Origin: an uncultured Verrucomicrobiae bacterium
GTDB taxonomy: Bacteria; Verrucomicrobiota; Verrucomicrobiia; Limisphaerales; Palsa-1400
Direction: 5' to 3'
Length of the DNA stretch: 64,000 bases
Assembly: GCA_963702845.1 (NCBI GenBank)
Contig: OY969763.1
Location: 3,424,001 to 3,488,000, forward strand
The translations under genes were made by a program, and so were the position numbers. This document shows, in pieces, positions 1 to 8,427 of the stretch. Within the stretch, counting starts at the first letter, position 1; each line of letters begins with the position of its first letter. The notes below the pieces were generated by a model. That model searched no databases and was not told the origin of the DNA. It saw only the letters and a program-made list of their open reading frames with translations.

Positions 1-805
1 CAATTCCTTTTGGCCGGCTGAAGTGCCCTGACGTGTCGCCATTGCTCCCGAACATCGAAACAAAATTCCCGCTCAGTTCAAAAACCTGCACCCGGCAATT
101 TAGAGAATCAGTCACCAGCCAATGCCCCCGCCCGTCATTGGCAATGTGTGTGGGAAAGTTAAACTCGCCCTGCCCTGTGCCCCGCTTGCCGAACTGAAAC
201 TGCAGCTTGCCTTTCAGATCAAAAACAAAAACCGCATGCGCCTGGGAATCGGCCACTGCAAGCGTGTCACCTGCAACTGCAACACCGGACGGCCGCAACA
301 ACGGTTCGGAAATGGTCCAGATCGATTTGCCGTTTTCCTTAAACGCGATCACTCGCGCCAACTCAGAATCCGCTACATAAAAAATCCCCTTCTCACGCGC
401 GACGGCGACGGGCGACGCAAAACGAACCTTGTCCACCGCCTCATAATTGCGCCACTGCTTCTTGTTCAGATCCACATACGAAATCCGCTTCGCGCCCGTA
501 TCGGTAATGCACAAATTGCCAACGTCATCGATGCAAACGCCAAACGGCTTCTGCAACGCCATTTCCTCATTTTCGTCGCCGGTGATCCAACGTCCAAACC
601 TGGCGAAAGCCGACACCCGCTGACCGATATCGCGTGGATGATTCAAGTTCCGCACGTATTCAATTCGCGCATCGTCCGGTGGGGACGGCCACACGCGCCG
701 TTTCACCACCACCGCAGGTTTCTCCCGCGCACTGGAAAAACTGCATATTCCCAGTACGACCAAAACGACAATAGCAAGCAGGCTGTAATGAACTCTTTTC
801 AACAT
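1..805 (-). CDS. NHL-repeat (6-bladed beta-propeller) protein, exported; runs off the left window edge
   Basis: Not in the ORF track; translated by hand from ATG at 805, adjacent to the stop of the porin gene. MLKRVHYSLLAIVVLVVLGIC..VWPSPPDDARIEY..QKPFGVCIDD..FASPVAVA..FYVADSE..RPSGVAV..GKRGTGQGEFNFPTHIA..LVTDSLNCRVQVF..GHFSRPKGI are NHL repeats. Confidence 0.9.
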   Translation of the reverse strand, partial: MLKRVHYSLLAIVVLVVLGICSFSSAREKPAVVVKRRVWPSPPDDARIEYVRNLNHPRDIGQRVSAFARFGRWITGDENEEMALQKPFGVCIDDVGNLCITDTGAKRISYVDLNKKQWRNYEAVDKVRFASPVAVAREKGIFYVADSELARVIAFKENGKSIWTISEPLLRPSGVAVAGDTLAVADSQAHAVFVFDLKGKLQFQFGKRGTGQGEFNFPTHIANDGRGHWLVTDSLNCRVQVFELSGNFVSMFGSNGDTSGHFSRPKGI

Positions 806-2839
806 TTAGAAAGTCCTCCTCAGTTTGAAGAACACGTAATCGCGCACCTTCGTCTCGCGCAGGTAATCGACATTATCGTGCTCGTAACCCATGTTCATTT
901 GGATCCTGCCCACCATCCAATTCAGATACGAGCGCGCGGCGAACAAGTTCTCGTTGATATTCAAACCGGTTTGATATTGGTAACCAATTTCATTTTTCCA
1001 ACTCAACCTCGGCAGCGGCCGCCAGTCATGACTGAGCATGAAATTGTAAAACGTGGAATGTTGCTTCAATTGCGTCTGAGCCGGCCCGCTCGCGCTGATA
1101 TCATCCGACCATTGTTGGTTGAAATTAATTTCGAGTGTCGAGTTGTCCGTCATATCCATCGAATAGCTCTCCGACAAATTGAAGCTCTTCAGGGTGAAAA
1201 ACGTCGAGTGCTGATCGGTGTAATCCGCAGTCAACACCAGCCTTTTCCACGTGAAATTAGCGCCCGCCTCAAACACATCTTCGTTATCGACAATGACGTC
1301 AGGCGACGACGCGTGATTATCCGTGAAACTGTATCGCGCATAGATCGACGCCATCTCGTTCCAAAAACTCAATCGTAATTGCACCGCATCACTGAAACTC
1401 GTCGAACTCGCCGTCGGATTGATTTGCACCGTGTAAGTCACCTGGATCACCGCGCCGGGTTGAATGTGGCTCGGACCAAACGGATTGATCTGAATCTGCC
1501 ACGGCTCGGAATGAATGACCGTGTAATCCGTCGTGTCAAGCGGCACAGTATTCGAGTCAACGATACTCACGAGCGTCAGCGCGCGCACATGACTCAAACG
1601 CACGATGGTGTTTGCCGGCACAACGTGCGATTCATTCGCAATTAGCAGAATCCCTCCGCTGGTGCTTTGATGATTCAAATTAAAACTCGCGCTATCACTC
1701 AAGGACAGCCGCCCCCAAGAGCCAAGCCGCTTGCTGTAGTCTTCAGTGATGGTGGTGCCTGCTGAAGTGGACTCCGTTGAGTCTGTGCTCGACCCGTTGT
1801 TCGCCCAACTCCCATGCACATCGATCGAGGAGGCAAGGCTTTCGTAGAGTTGATGCCTCAAACCAGCGCTCGCATATCCATACGTCGAATCAAATCCGTC
1901 GCCCGCGTATTGCGAATACGACCCCTGGTAATAGTTGTGCAATCGCTCAGTTAGATCCAAATCATAGTTCACCGCGCCGGTAAAATCATTCACCGACGAC
2001 AGATCGGACTCACGATTCGCTAACCGCAGCGTCGATTTCAAAATGCTTCGCTCAAAATGTTCTGTGTCCTGCACATCCACACGATTGATCGAGCTATCAT
2101 TCGAAATAGTCCTTCCCGTTCCGGTTGCATTCCCGGTCTGAACCGTGCGGTCAAACTCCGTATACTGGTAAGTGAAAAAAGTTGTGTTGTGATTCTGACG
2201 CTCGTTTTGCGCGGAAAGGTCCAGGTCTCGTTGCGTGGTAAGTGCCCTTTGAAACAACTCATCAGCATCCTCATGTGACTCGTTAAACGACAACTGCACT
2301 GGAATTCCTCCTTGCCGATATCCTGTGACAATCCCCCACGTCTCCGAATCAACCGAGGCCATGTTGAAGAACCCATACTGCACCTCATCATGGCCGCGAT
2401 CGAACGTAAACGTCGTTGCATACGGCTTGGCCGAAAGAAACTGGGCGTTAACTTTGCCGTTCACCGTGAACTCGTTGTTATCATTCGGCGCTCCATTCAC
2501 GGACGTGCGCCGCCAGGTGTAGCCGGGCTCAAACAGCGCCGAGTAGGTCAACAAATACGGGTGGTAGATGTAATTGTCCCAACCCACGGCAACTCTTGGC
2601 GAAATGTAATACCGCGTGACCTCCTGGTGGCCGCCGAACTGCGAGTCAAATGTGTCCCGCTGCGCATCCGTGTCCACGAGCATGTATTTGAATTTCGGAA
2701 TCCACCGTGAGTTCGCCTGTTCTTCTTCCCCGATCCAATCGCGATACTCCGCGCGCGCGCCAATCACAGTCACGAACATCCACAACACCATCACAACCTG
2801 TGCGATGGTCGCTGTTATTTTGGATGGTCTTAGGTTCAT
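806..2839 (-). CDS. Large outer-membrane beta-barrel (porin of a porin-cytochrome complex)
   Basis: 677 aa with a signal peptide (..VIGARA), many alternating amphipathic strands rich in Y/F/S/T/N/D and a terminal Phe (..YVFFKLRRTF). Overlaps the multiheme cytochrome gene by 4 bp. Confidence 0.8.
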   Translation of the reverse strand: MNLRPSKITATIAQVVMVLWMFVTVIGARAEYRDWIGEEEQANSRWIPKFKYMLVDTDAQRDTFDSQFGGHQEVTRYYISPRVAVGWDNYIYHPYLLTYSALFEPGYTWRRTSVNGAPNDNNEFTVNGKVNAQFLSAKPYATTFTFDRGHDEVQYGFFNMASVDSETWGIVTGYRQGGIPVQLSFNESHEDADELFQRALTTQRDLDLSAQNERQNHNTTFFTYQYTEFDRTVQTGNATGTGRTISNDSSINRVDVQDTEHFERSILKSTLRLANRESDLSSVNDFTGAVNYDLDLTERLHNYYQGSYSQYAGDGFDSTYGYASAGLRHQLYESLASSIDVHGSWANNGSSTDSTESTSAGTTITEDYSKRLGSWGRLSLSDSASFNLNHQSTSGGILLIANESHVVPANTIVRLSHVRALTLVSIVDSNTVPLDTTDYTVIHSEPWQIQINPFGPSHIQPGAVIQVTYTVQINPTASSTSFSDAVQLRLSFWNEMASIYARYSFTDNHASSPDVIVDNEDVFEAGANFTWKRLVLTADYTDQHSTFFTLKSFNLSESYSMDMTDNSTLEINFNQQWSDDISASGPAQTQLKQHSTFYNFMLSHDWRPLPRLSWKNEIGYQYQTGLNINENLFAARSYLNWMVGRIQMNMGYEHDNVDYLRETKVRDYVFFKLRRTF

Positions 2840-4029
2840 TGTGATTTAGGCAATGCCGTCAGAGCCTTCGACACGGGTTTGAGCAAATGCTTTTGCTCGC
2901 TGAAATGTGGGTTGTGACATTCGACGCACGATTTGCCTTCCGACCCTGCGTGCCCGGCCAACGCCGCCATGTCCTTCTGCTCGTGGCAATCCATACAAAT
3001 CGTCGACCCGGGCTTCGCGAGCATGAACCGCTCATTCGAAGCGTGCGGCGTATGGCACATCATGCATTCGCCGTTTTGAATCGGCGCGTGGACCGACTTG
3101 GCGACCTGAAGCTGACTCTGAAAATCATCGTGACATTGGTAACAGGTGTCGCCCCCTTTGTGCTTGAGAAGTTTTTCATTTTGCGTGGAGTGCGGATTGT
3201 GGCACACGGTGCAGTCGCCCGATTCGACCGGCGCGTGCACAAACTTGGCCGTCTTCGCGAAATCATCGTGACATTTGTAACAGAGTTCTTTGCCGGCGAA
3301 CTTCGTCAGGAACTTGTTCGGCCCGCCGTGCGGCAGATGACATTCCAGGCAACCGTTCATCTCCAGCGCGGCGTGCTTCACCGGCTCTTGCCCGATCTGC
3401 TCATGACATTTCAAACAAAGGGCGTTGCCCGTCCTCAGCAACAACTTCTTATTCGGAGATCTATGTGGATCGTGACACTTCGTGCACTGCCCCATTTCCA
3501 CTGGCTTATGCTTCACCGCAACCGGCATTGCGAAATTCTTCTTGTGACACTGCATGCAAAGCTCCAGTTGCGGCATTTTCAGAACCGGATTCAGGGCCGA
3601 CCCGCCATGGCATTGCCCACACTCCTGTTTTTCGAAGGGCGGATGGAAAACAAAGTTCGATGTCGTGTTCTGAGAAAAACGAAATGCCGAAAGCACCGAA
3701 GGCCTCTTTCTCGTTGAATCTCTCCTGGGACCAGTTTTGGTTACCTTGTTTGTGACACCCTCATCAGGAACTCCATCGAACAGAAACTTCAGGATTTTGT
3801 GCTTTTTCGATTCAGCCTTGGTCGGCGTTGCATTCGTGGATTGAACTGCCGCGGGCACGGCGTTTGTGGATTGAGCCTTGGACACGTCTGGTTTCGCCGT
3901 TTCAACCGCCTTGCTCGCGATCACACCACCGCAAAGAACGGCCGCCACAGCCACGACAACCAACAGGCTTCTACTGAGGGGATTCACTCTCTCACTCACT
4001 GGCGGATGTTCTTTGGGAGCGACGTTCAC
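2836..4029 (-). CDS. Multiheme c-type cytochrome, 11 CxxCH motifs (paired-CXXCH/cytochrome c3-like repeats)
   Basis: CGQCH, CMQCH, CTKCH, CLKCH, CLECH, CYKCH, CTVCH, CYQCH, CMMCH, CMDCH and CVECH in a repeating H-x-P..CxxCHxPH..L..LCxxCH unit; hydrophobic N-terminal signal/anchor. Confidence 0.95.
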   Translation of the reverse strand: MNVAPKEHPPVSERVNPLSRSLLVVVAVAAVLCGGVIASKAVETAKPDVSKAQSTNAVPAAVQSTNATPTKAESKKHKILKFLFDGVPDEGVTNKVTKTGPRRDSTRKRPSVLSAFRFSQNTTSNFVFHPPFEKQECGQCHGGSALNPVLKMPQLELCMQCHKKNFAMPVAVKHKPVEMGQCTKCHDPHRSPNKKLLLRTGNALCLKCHEQIGQEPVKHAALEMNGCLECHLPHGGPNKFLTKFAGKELCYKCHDDFAKTAKFVHAPVESGDCTVCHNPHSTQNEKLLKHKGGDTCYQCHDDFQSQLQVAKSVHAPIQNGECMMCHTPHASNERFMLAKPGSTICMDCHEQKDMAALAGHAGSEGKSCVECHNPHFSEQKHLLKPVSKALTALPKSQ

Positions 4030-5163
4030 TTCTTGTGACCGAAGCCGTACACGGCAACCTTGTGCGGTCCCAGTTGGTTGATGACGATCACCAGGTGCTC
4101 AACAACGAAATTTGGCGAAGTGTACTTTTTGAAATACTCAACGTCCTCGTAATCGACGGCGACTTTCGTCGGCAGGATTTGGATGCGCGGTCCTTCACCT
4201 GGATCACCAAAGAACGTCAGCAGCTTTCCTTCATCGTTAAAAATCTGGATGACCTGTGACATCGCGTCCGCCGCATAAATCTGGTGCGCGCGATCGACCG
4301 CGATTCCTTTCAGGCGAGCGAACATGCCGAGCCCATCACCCATTTCGCCAACCGTCCGAATATGCTTCCCGTCCGGCTGATAAATTTGAACGTGTCCAGC
4401 GCCCGTATCGCTGACATACAGTCGGCCCTGATCGTCTATCGCGAGATTGCCAGGTGTAAACAAGCCCGTGATCTCGTTCGTTGCAGCCGCTCCGTTAACG
4501 AGGTTCGTCACGTAATTGCGCGACGCCTTCTCATAAATACGAACGTTGTGCGATTGCACGTCCGCCACATAAATCCGATCAGCGCCAATCGCGACATCGC
4601 GCGGTTTCATCTCACCCGTCTTGCCGATGGTGCCGGCGTAAGCGCCCTGTTTATCAAAAACAACAACCTGCTCGCGCGTGCTGTCAGCGACGTAAGCCGT
4701 GCCATCGGTTTTATCGATTGCGATGTTCAACGGCGTTCGCAACGCACCTTCGCCTGTCGCCTCAAGCATCCCGATCTTCTGCTCCTTCAGGTCCACCACC
4801 AACACCGTGCCCAGCGCCGTGTCGCAAACGAAAATCTTATGGTCGTACGTCAGTCACTCCATAGGGCTTGCTTATTTCCTTCGTGGCCTCCTGCTGGCCA
4901 GTAATGAACGATTTGAAACTGTGGCTCTTTTTTTGGCGAAATGATTTCTCCGAAGCAAACCCTGTCAGATACTGCAAACGCGGCGCATCCGGCGGCGCCG
5001 GATAGAAAATATCTGTGCGCTGGTTCGCCGGGGGTTTTTCAGCTCCCTTCTTCTCGCTCTTGCCGAGCGCTGAAGCAGCACCACTGGTCAAAAAGCCAGT
5101 GATCATCGTTGCGAACACGACTCCCAGAACTGTTTGTTGAAACGTGTGTTGGAGGTTCTTCAT
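4026..5163 (-). CDS. NHL-repeat beta-propeller protein (split by one frameshift near 4850)
   Basis: ORF 4837..5298 (likely start MKNLQHTF at 5163; signal peptide; FYPAPPDAPRLQY..KPYGV) continues in the frame of ORF 4026..4805 (..KIFVCDT..AYVADS..KPRDVAI..IYVADV..LYVSDTG..FARLKGIAVD). Confidence 0.85.
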
Positions 5164-5425
5164 ATGTGCAATTTTCCTATGCCTCCAAGTGTAGAAACCG
5201 GTGAAAAACTGCACTAACCGTATCTTGCTATTGTCCCCGCCTAAATTGGTTAGCCCTCTCGATAAGAAGGCCAGAATGGATATGTGATAGATTGACATCG
5301 TTGCAACTAAATATGTTCAGTCTTTTCGGAGCCTGCCTTTTATGCGGCTCAACATTTACGCCGCCCCGAACTTCTGGACCCAATTAACACCGTTAGGCTC
5401 GTCATGACCGCCGCCTCCCAAGTAC

Positions 5426-5459
5426 AAAAAACAGGGCCACATGTTTCCATGTGACCCTG
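5426..5459 (-). terminator. Rho-independent terminator downstream of the tetraheme cytochrome gene
   Basis: Minus strand reads CAGGGTCACATG-GAAA-CATGTGGCCCTG-TTTTTT: a 12-bp stem (one G-U pair), GAAA tetraloop and U-tract. Confidence 0.85.
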
Positions 5460-5491
5460 ATGAAACGCAGCGTTAAGCTGCATGCAGTTGA

Positions 5492-6283
5492 TTACTTATC
5501 GTGGCACGTCAAACACAGCTGGCCACCTTGAAGGGGAACCATCAGCGCATGGTCGTATTGAATTGTGCCGGAAGAACCGATCGTTTCATGAATGTCATGG
5601 CACGAGGCGCATTCCATCGTACGGGTACCAGCGGGTCCCTTAATCATGTGCGAGATCATCGTTCCATTAACGACAGGTTTCAGCTGAGGATCCGCTGCCA
5701 CTGCCTGGTCGTAATTGACGCCGAGCGGGTGCATGTGGGTCAGGTCTGTGCTGCCACCAACCGTCTCAACAGCAAAACTTGGAGCAAAGACGTTCGTCGT
5801 CACTGTTCCGTCACCGTTGAATGTGGTTTTGCCATAAGCCTGGTTGATACCGATTGAGCCGTCATGGCAGCTCAAGCAGGCAGCCGACGATCCCAACGAA
5901 GTGATCGCACCGAGACCAAGCGCGTTAAACGTGGCCGATCCGCCTTGATCATACGTCATATAACGGGTGGTCGCGTTGCTCGCCGCATTGTGGTTCCACA
6001 ACGGCGCATTCACAGCGCTGTAAGACGGGGCTTTGTGCGGAATGTGGCATACCTGGCAGGGATTTTCATAATACGCGGCTGCATTGACGCTGCCGTTTGC
6101 ATTGGTCTTAACTCCACCACCCCATGCAAACTTGGCGGCTTGTACCTGGCTGAGCGCACCAGCTCCTCCTGTGGAACTGAAGTCGTGCACGCTACCTATG
6201 ATAGTCGCACTTACAGTCGTCGCCGATAAGGCAACTACTGCTCCCAGGGCTAAGCCTGCGAGGATTGTTTTTGGTGTTGTCAT
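5492..6283 (-). CDS. Secreted tetraheme c-type cytochrome, OmcE-like
   Basis: Signal peptide (..TTVSA) followed by HDFSS, CQVCHIPH, PLWNH, CLSCHDG, DLTHMHP, ECASCHDIH and QLCLTCHDK-stop. Motif order matches my recollection of Geobacter OmcE. Confidence 0.85.
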   Translation of the reverse strand: MTTPKTILAGLALGAVVALSATTVSATIIGSVHDFSSTGGAGALSQVQAAKFAWGGGVKTNANGSVNAAAYYENPCQVCHIPHKAPSYSAVNAPLWNHNAASNATTRYMTYDQGGSATFNALGLGAITSLGSSAACLSCHDGSIGINQAYGKTTFNGDGTVTTNVFAPSFAVETVGGSTDLTHMHPLGVNYDQAVAADPQLKPVVNGTMISHMIKGPAGTRTMECASCHDIHETIGSSGTIQYDHALMVPLQGGQLCLTCHDK

Positions 6284-6428
6284 ACTTAGGTTCGCTTTCT
6301 ACTAGCTAGTTGTTCGATTTCGATGTCGTTTTGGAGATGCATCGTGTGATGCACCCACTTCTGGACTCGATTCGTCGTTCTAGCGCTAGACCGCGGATCG
6401 TTTCCAAAATTGTTTTGTTGTTTGTTTT

Positions 6429-7550
6429 TCATGCTGCGCATGGAACTGCTCCGTACACCGGAACAGCCCGTTCTGATTGCCTGGGCGCTTTCACTGGCTT
6501 GCCCACCGGTCCAGTCAATTTCTCCATCAATTCAATCGTGTGCTGCTCGACGATCGCACGGCACGTCTCGATCTCCTGCTGGCGCAGACGAACGTTCTCC
6601 TTCACGATTTGTTCCAGATCATCGATGTCGTAGAGGAACACGTTCTCGAGTTCCTGCACGTTGGGATCGATGTCGCGCGGCACGGCGATGTCGATTAAAA
6701 CCAGAGGACGATTGCGTCGCGTTTGCATGACTGCGGCGACATCATCGCGGTCGAGCACCGTCTCAGGGCACCCGGTCGAACTGACGACAATGTCGGCATT
6801 GCGCATCTCAGCGATGCCATCGTCCATGAAATTCACTGCGCGCGCGCCGAACTCGTCGGCCAACTTTTGTGCGCGTTCCATCGAGCGGTTTGCCACGATG
6901 ACCGATTTGATGCCCTTCTTGGCCAGATGCCGCACACACGCTTCTCCCATTTTACCTGCGCCAACGATCATCACCGTTTTATCGGCCAGCGCGGTTCCGA
7001 AAATCTTTTCAGCAAGTTGAAGCGCGACACTACCGACTGACGTAGCGCCGCGCTGAATTTGGGTTTTGCTCCGGATCGCTTTGGCGGTCTGCAGGGCCTT
7101 TTGAAACATCCGGTTGGTAACAGAGCCCGTCAGTTTAACTTGATACGCTTTTTCGTAAGCACCTTTGACCTGACCGGCGATTTCCGTTTCGCCAAGAACC
7201 ATCGAGTCGAGTCCGCTCACCACAGAAAATAAATGCCGCGCCGCGCCGTCGTTCTCGTGCGCATATATATAGGGCGTCACATCAAAGCCGCCGCGCGCCA
7301 CCGAATTCAGAACGGTTTCAGCCGTGCCACGATCCGGCGCAACGCCATAAATTTCCACGCGATTGCAAGTGGACAAAACGACCACTTCGCTGAGACCCTT
7401 TTTCACCTTCAGTTGGCACCCTGTGCAGGCGAGGGCATGTTGCGAAATCGCCATCTTTTCGCGCACTTCAACTGGTGCCGTTTTGAAGCTGATACCGGCG
7501 ACAAAGGGAACGCTGGTCTGATTTGTTGTTCTAATGAAATTCATATTCAT
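6429..7550 (-). CDS. hemA: Glutamyl-tRNA reductase
   Basis: TAPVEVRE, LSTCNRVEIY (catalytic Cys), SGLDSMVLGETEIAGQVK, GAGKMG NADPH-binding motif and DIAVPRDID. C-terminus is short. Confidence 0.97.
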   Translation of the reverse strand: MNMNFIRTTNQTSVPFVAGISFKTAPVEVREKMAISQHALACTGCQLKVKKGLSEVVVLSTCNRVEIYGVAPDRGTAETVLNSVARGGFDVTPYIYAHENDGAARHLFSVVSGLDSMVLGETEIAGQVKGAYEKAYQVKLTGSVTNRMFQKALQTAKAIRSKTQIQRGATSVGSVALQLAEKIFGTALADKTVMIVGAGKMGEACVRHLAKKGIKSVIVANRSMERAQKLADEFGARAVNFMDDGIAEMRNADIVVSSTGCPETVLDRDDVAAVMQTRRNRPLVLIDIAVPRDIDPNVQELENVFLYDIDDLEQIVKENVRLRQQEIETCRAIVEQHTIELMEKLTGPVGKPVKAPRQSERAVPVYGAVPCAA

Positions 7551-7863
7551 GAATTCGATGGGCTAATCATTGTCGTTTCGTTCAAAATTCGGCTGCACCG
7601 AAATTGCGAATTTCATGCACTCTTTTGAGTGAGTATTTGGGCTACACACGCGCGCAGTGATCGGGCGCCGGCTCACTCCACATTTATTGTCAAACATCAC
7701 ATAGAGATGCTGACCCGTACCGTAAGTTCCCTCTACACAACCATTGCCAATGCATAACCATTTTTTGCGCCCGAACCAAATCCGGTTAACTCTCAAAACG
7801 CGACCCGCCACCCTACCGGTTTAGCAAAAAATGTTAGGTGTATGACAAGTGCGGTGGAGTGCG

Positions 7864-7884
7864 AGTTGAGACTCAGTCTTAACT
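7864..7884. promoter_or_regulatory. Fur-like operator (10-1-10 inverted repeat) upstream of feoA
   Basis: AGTTGAGACT-C-AGTCTTAACT (one mismatch), 16 bp upstream of the feoA ATG; resembles TGAGAATnATTCTCA-type Fur boxes. Confidence 0.55.
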
Positions 7885-7900
7885 TGGAGCCAATAAAAGT

Positions 7901-8233
7901 ATGAAACTTTCAGACTTGTGGCACATCGCGAAAGAAGCAGTCACCTCGACTGGTAGCGCGTATCGCTCTGCGACCTCCGTGACGCTGGCCTGTTCAAGTC
8001 CAGCCACCTACCCGCTCAGCCGTGTCAAAGCCGGCGCTGAAGTTCGCATCAAAGAACTCTCCACCCCTGAAGATGTTTCAAAGCGCCTGCGCGAAATCGG
8101 CTTCTGCGAACAACAAGTCCTGAAACTATTGGTAAGCCAATCCAGCCTGATCTGTTTAGTCTGCAACGCGCGAGTTGCTCTCAGTTCAGATATCGCCGGG
8201 ATGATTATGGTAGAACCGGTCCGCCCCAACTAA
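7901..8233 (+). CDS. feoA: FeoA-family (SH3-like) ferrous iron transport protein A
   Basis: PLSRVKAGAEVRIKEL..KRLREIGF..LICLVCNARVALS..IMVEP is the typical FeoA pattern. No adjacent feoB. Confidence 0.85.
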   Translation: MKLSDLWHIAKEAVTSTGSAYRSATSVTLACSSPATYPLSRVKAGAEVRIKELSTPEDVSKRLREIGFCEQQVLKLLVSQSSLICLVCNARVALSSDIAGMIMVEPVRPN

Positions 8234-8427
8234 GTTAGTCCAGCGGTAATCAGGGACGATTTCGCCGGTCATCGCTCCACCATCTTTCCGTAAAAGACCC
8301 TGACAAACGATCAGTCGAAGTCGTATTGAATCCCCGAAACTCCCCCGCTAACACTCACGATCAGTCCGAGCAAAATCGTCCTTTGTGTTTGTTTAACTTC
8401 TTGGAATCCGCCGCTAAAAGGAGTAAC

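Noticed and set aside
122..1378. 418-aa plus-strand ORF and the many other long antisense ORFs (e.g. 2887..3717, 19500..20255, 27290..28090, 56583..57494, 62810..63646)
   Set aside because: They are shadows of well-supported opposite-strand genes, with Arg/His-rich composition and no recognisable motifs.
2836..4029. Calling the 11-heme cytochrome MtrA/DmsE and the barrel MtrB
   Set aside because: Heme count and repeat spacing differ from decaheme MtrA, and no MtrB-specific motif was recognised.
7686..7702. Possible FNR/CRP-like site upstream of hemA (TTGTCAAACATCACA), and a similar one at about 5283
   Set aside because: Spacing and half-sites do not fit either consensus well, and the two sites differ in spacing.
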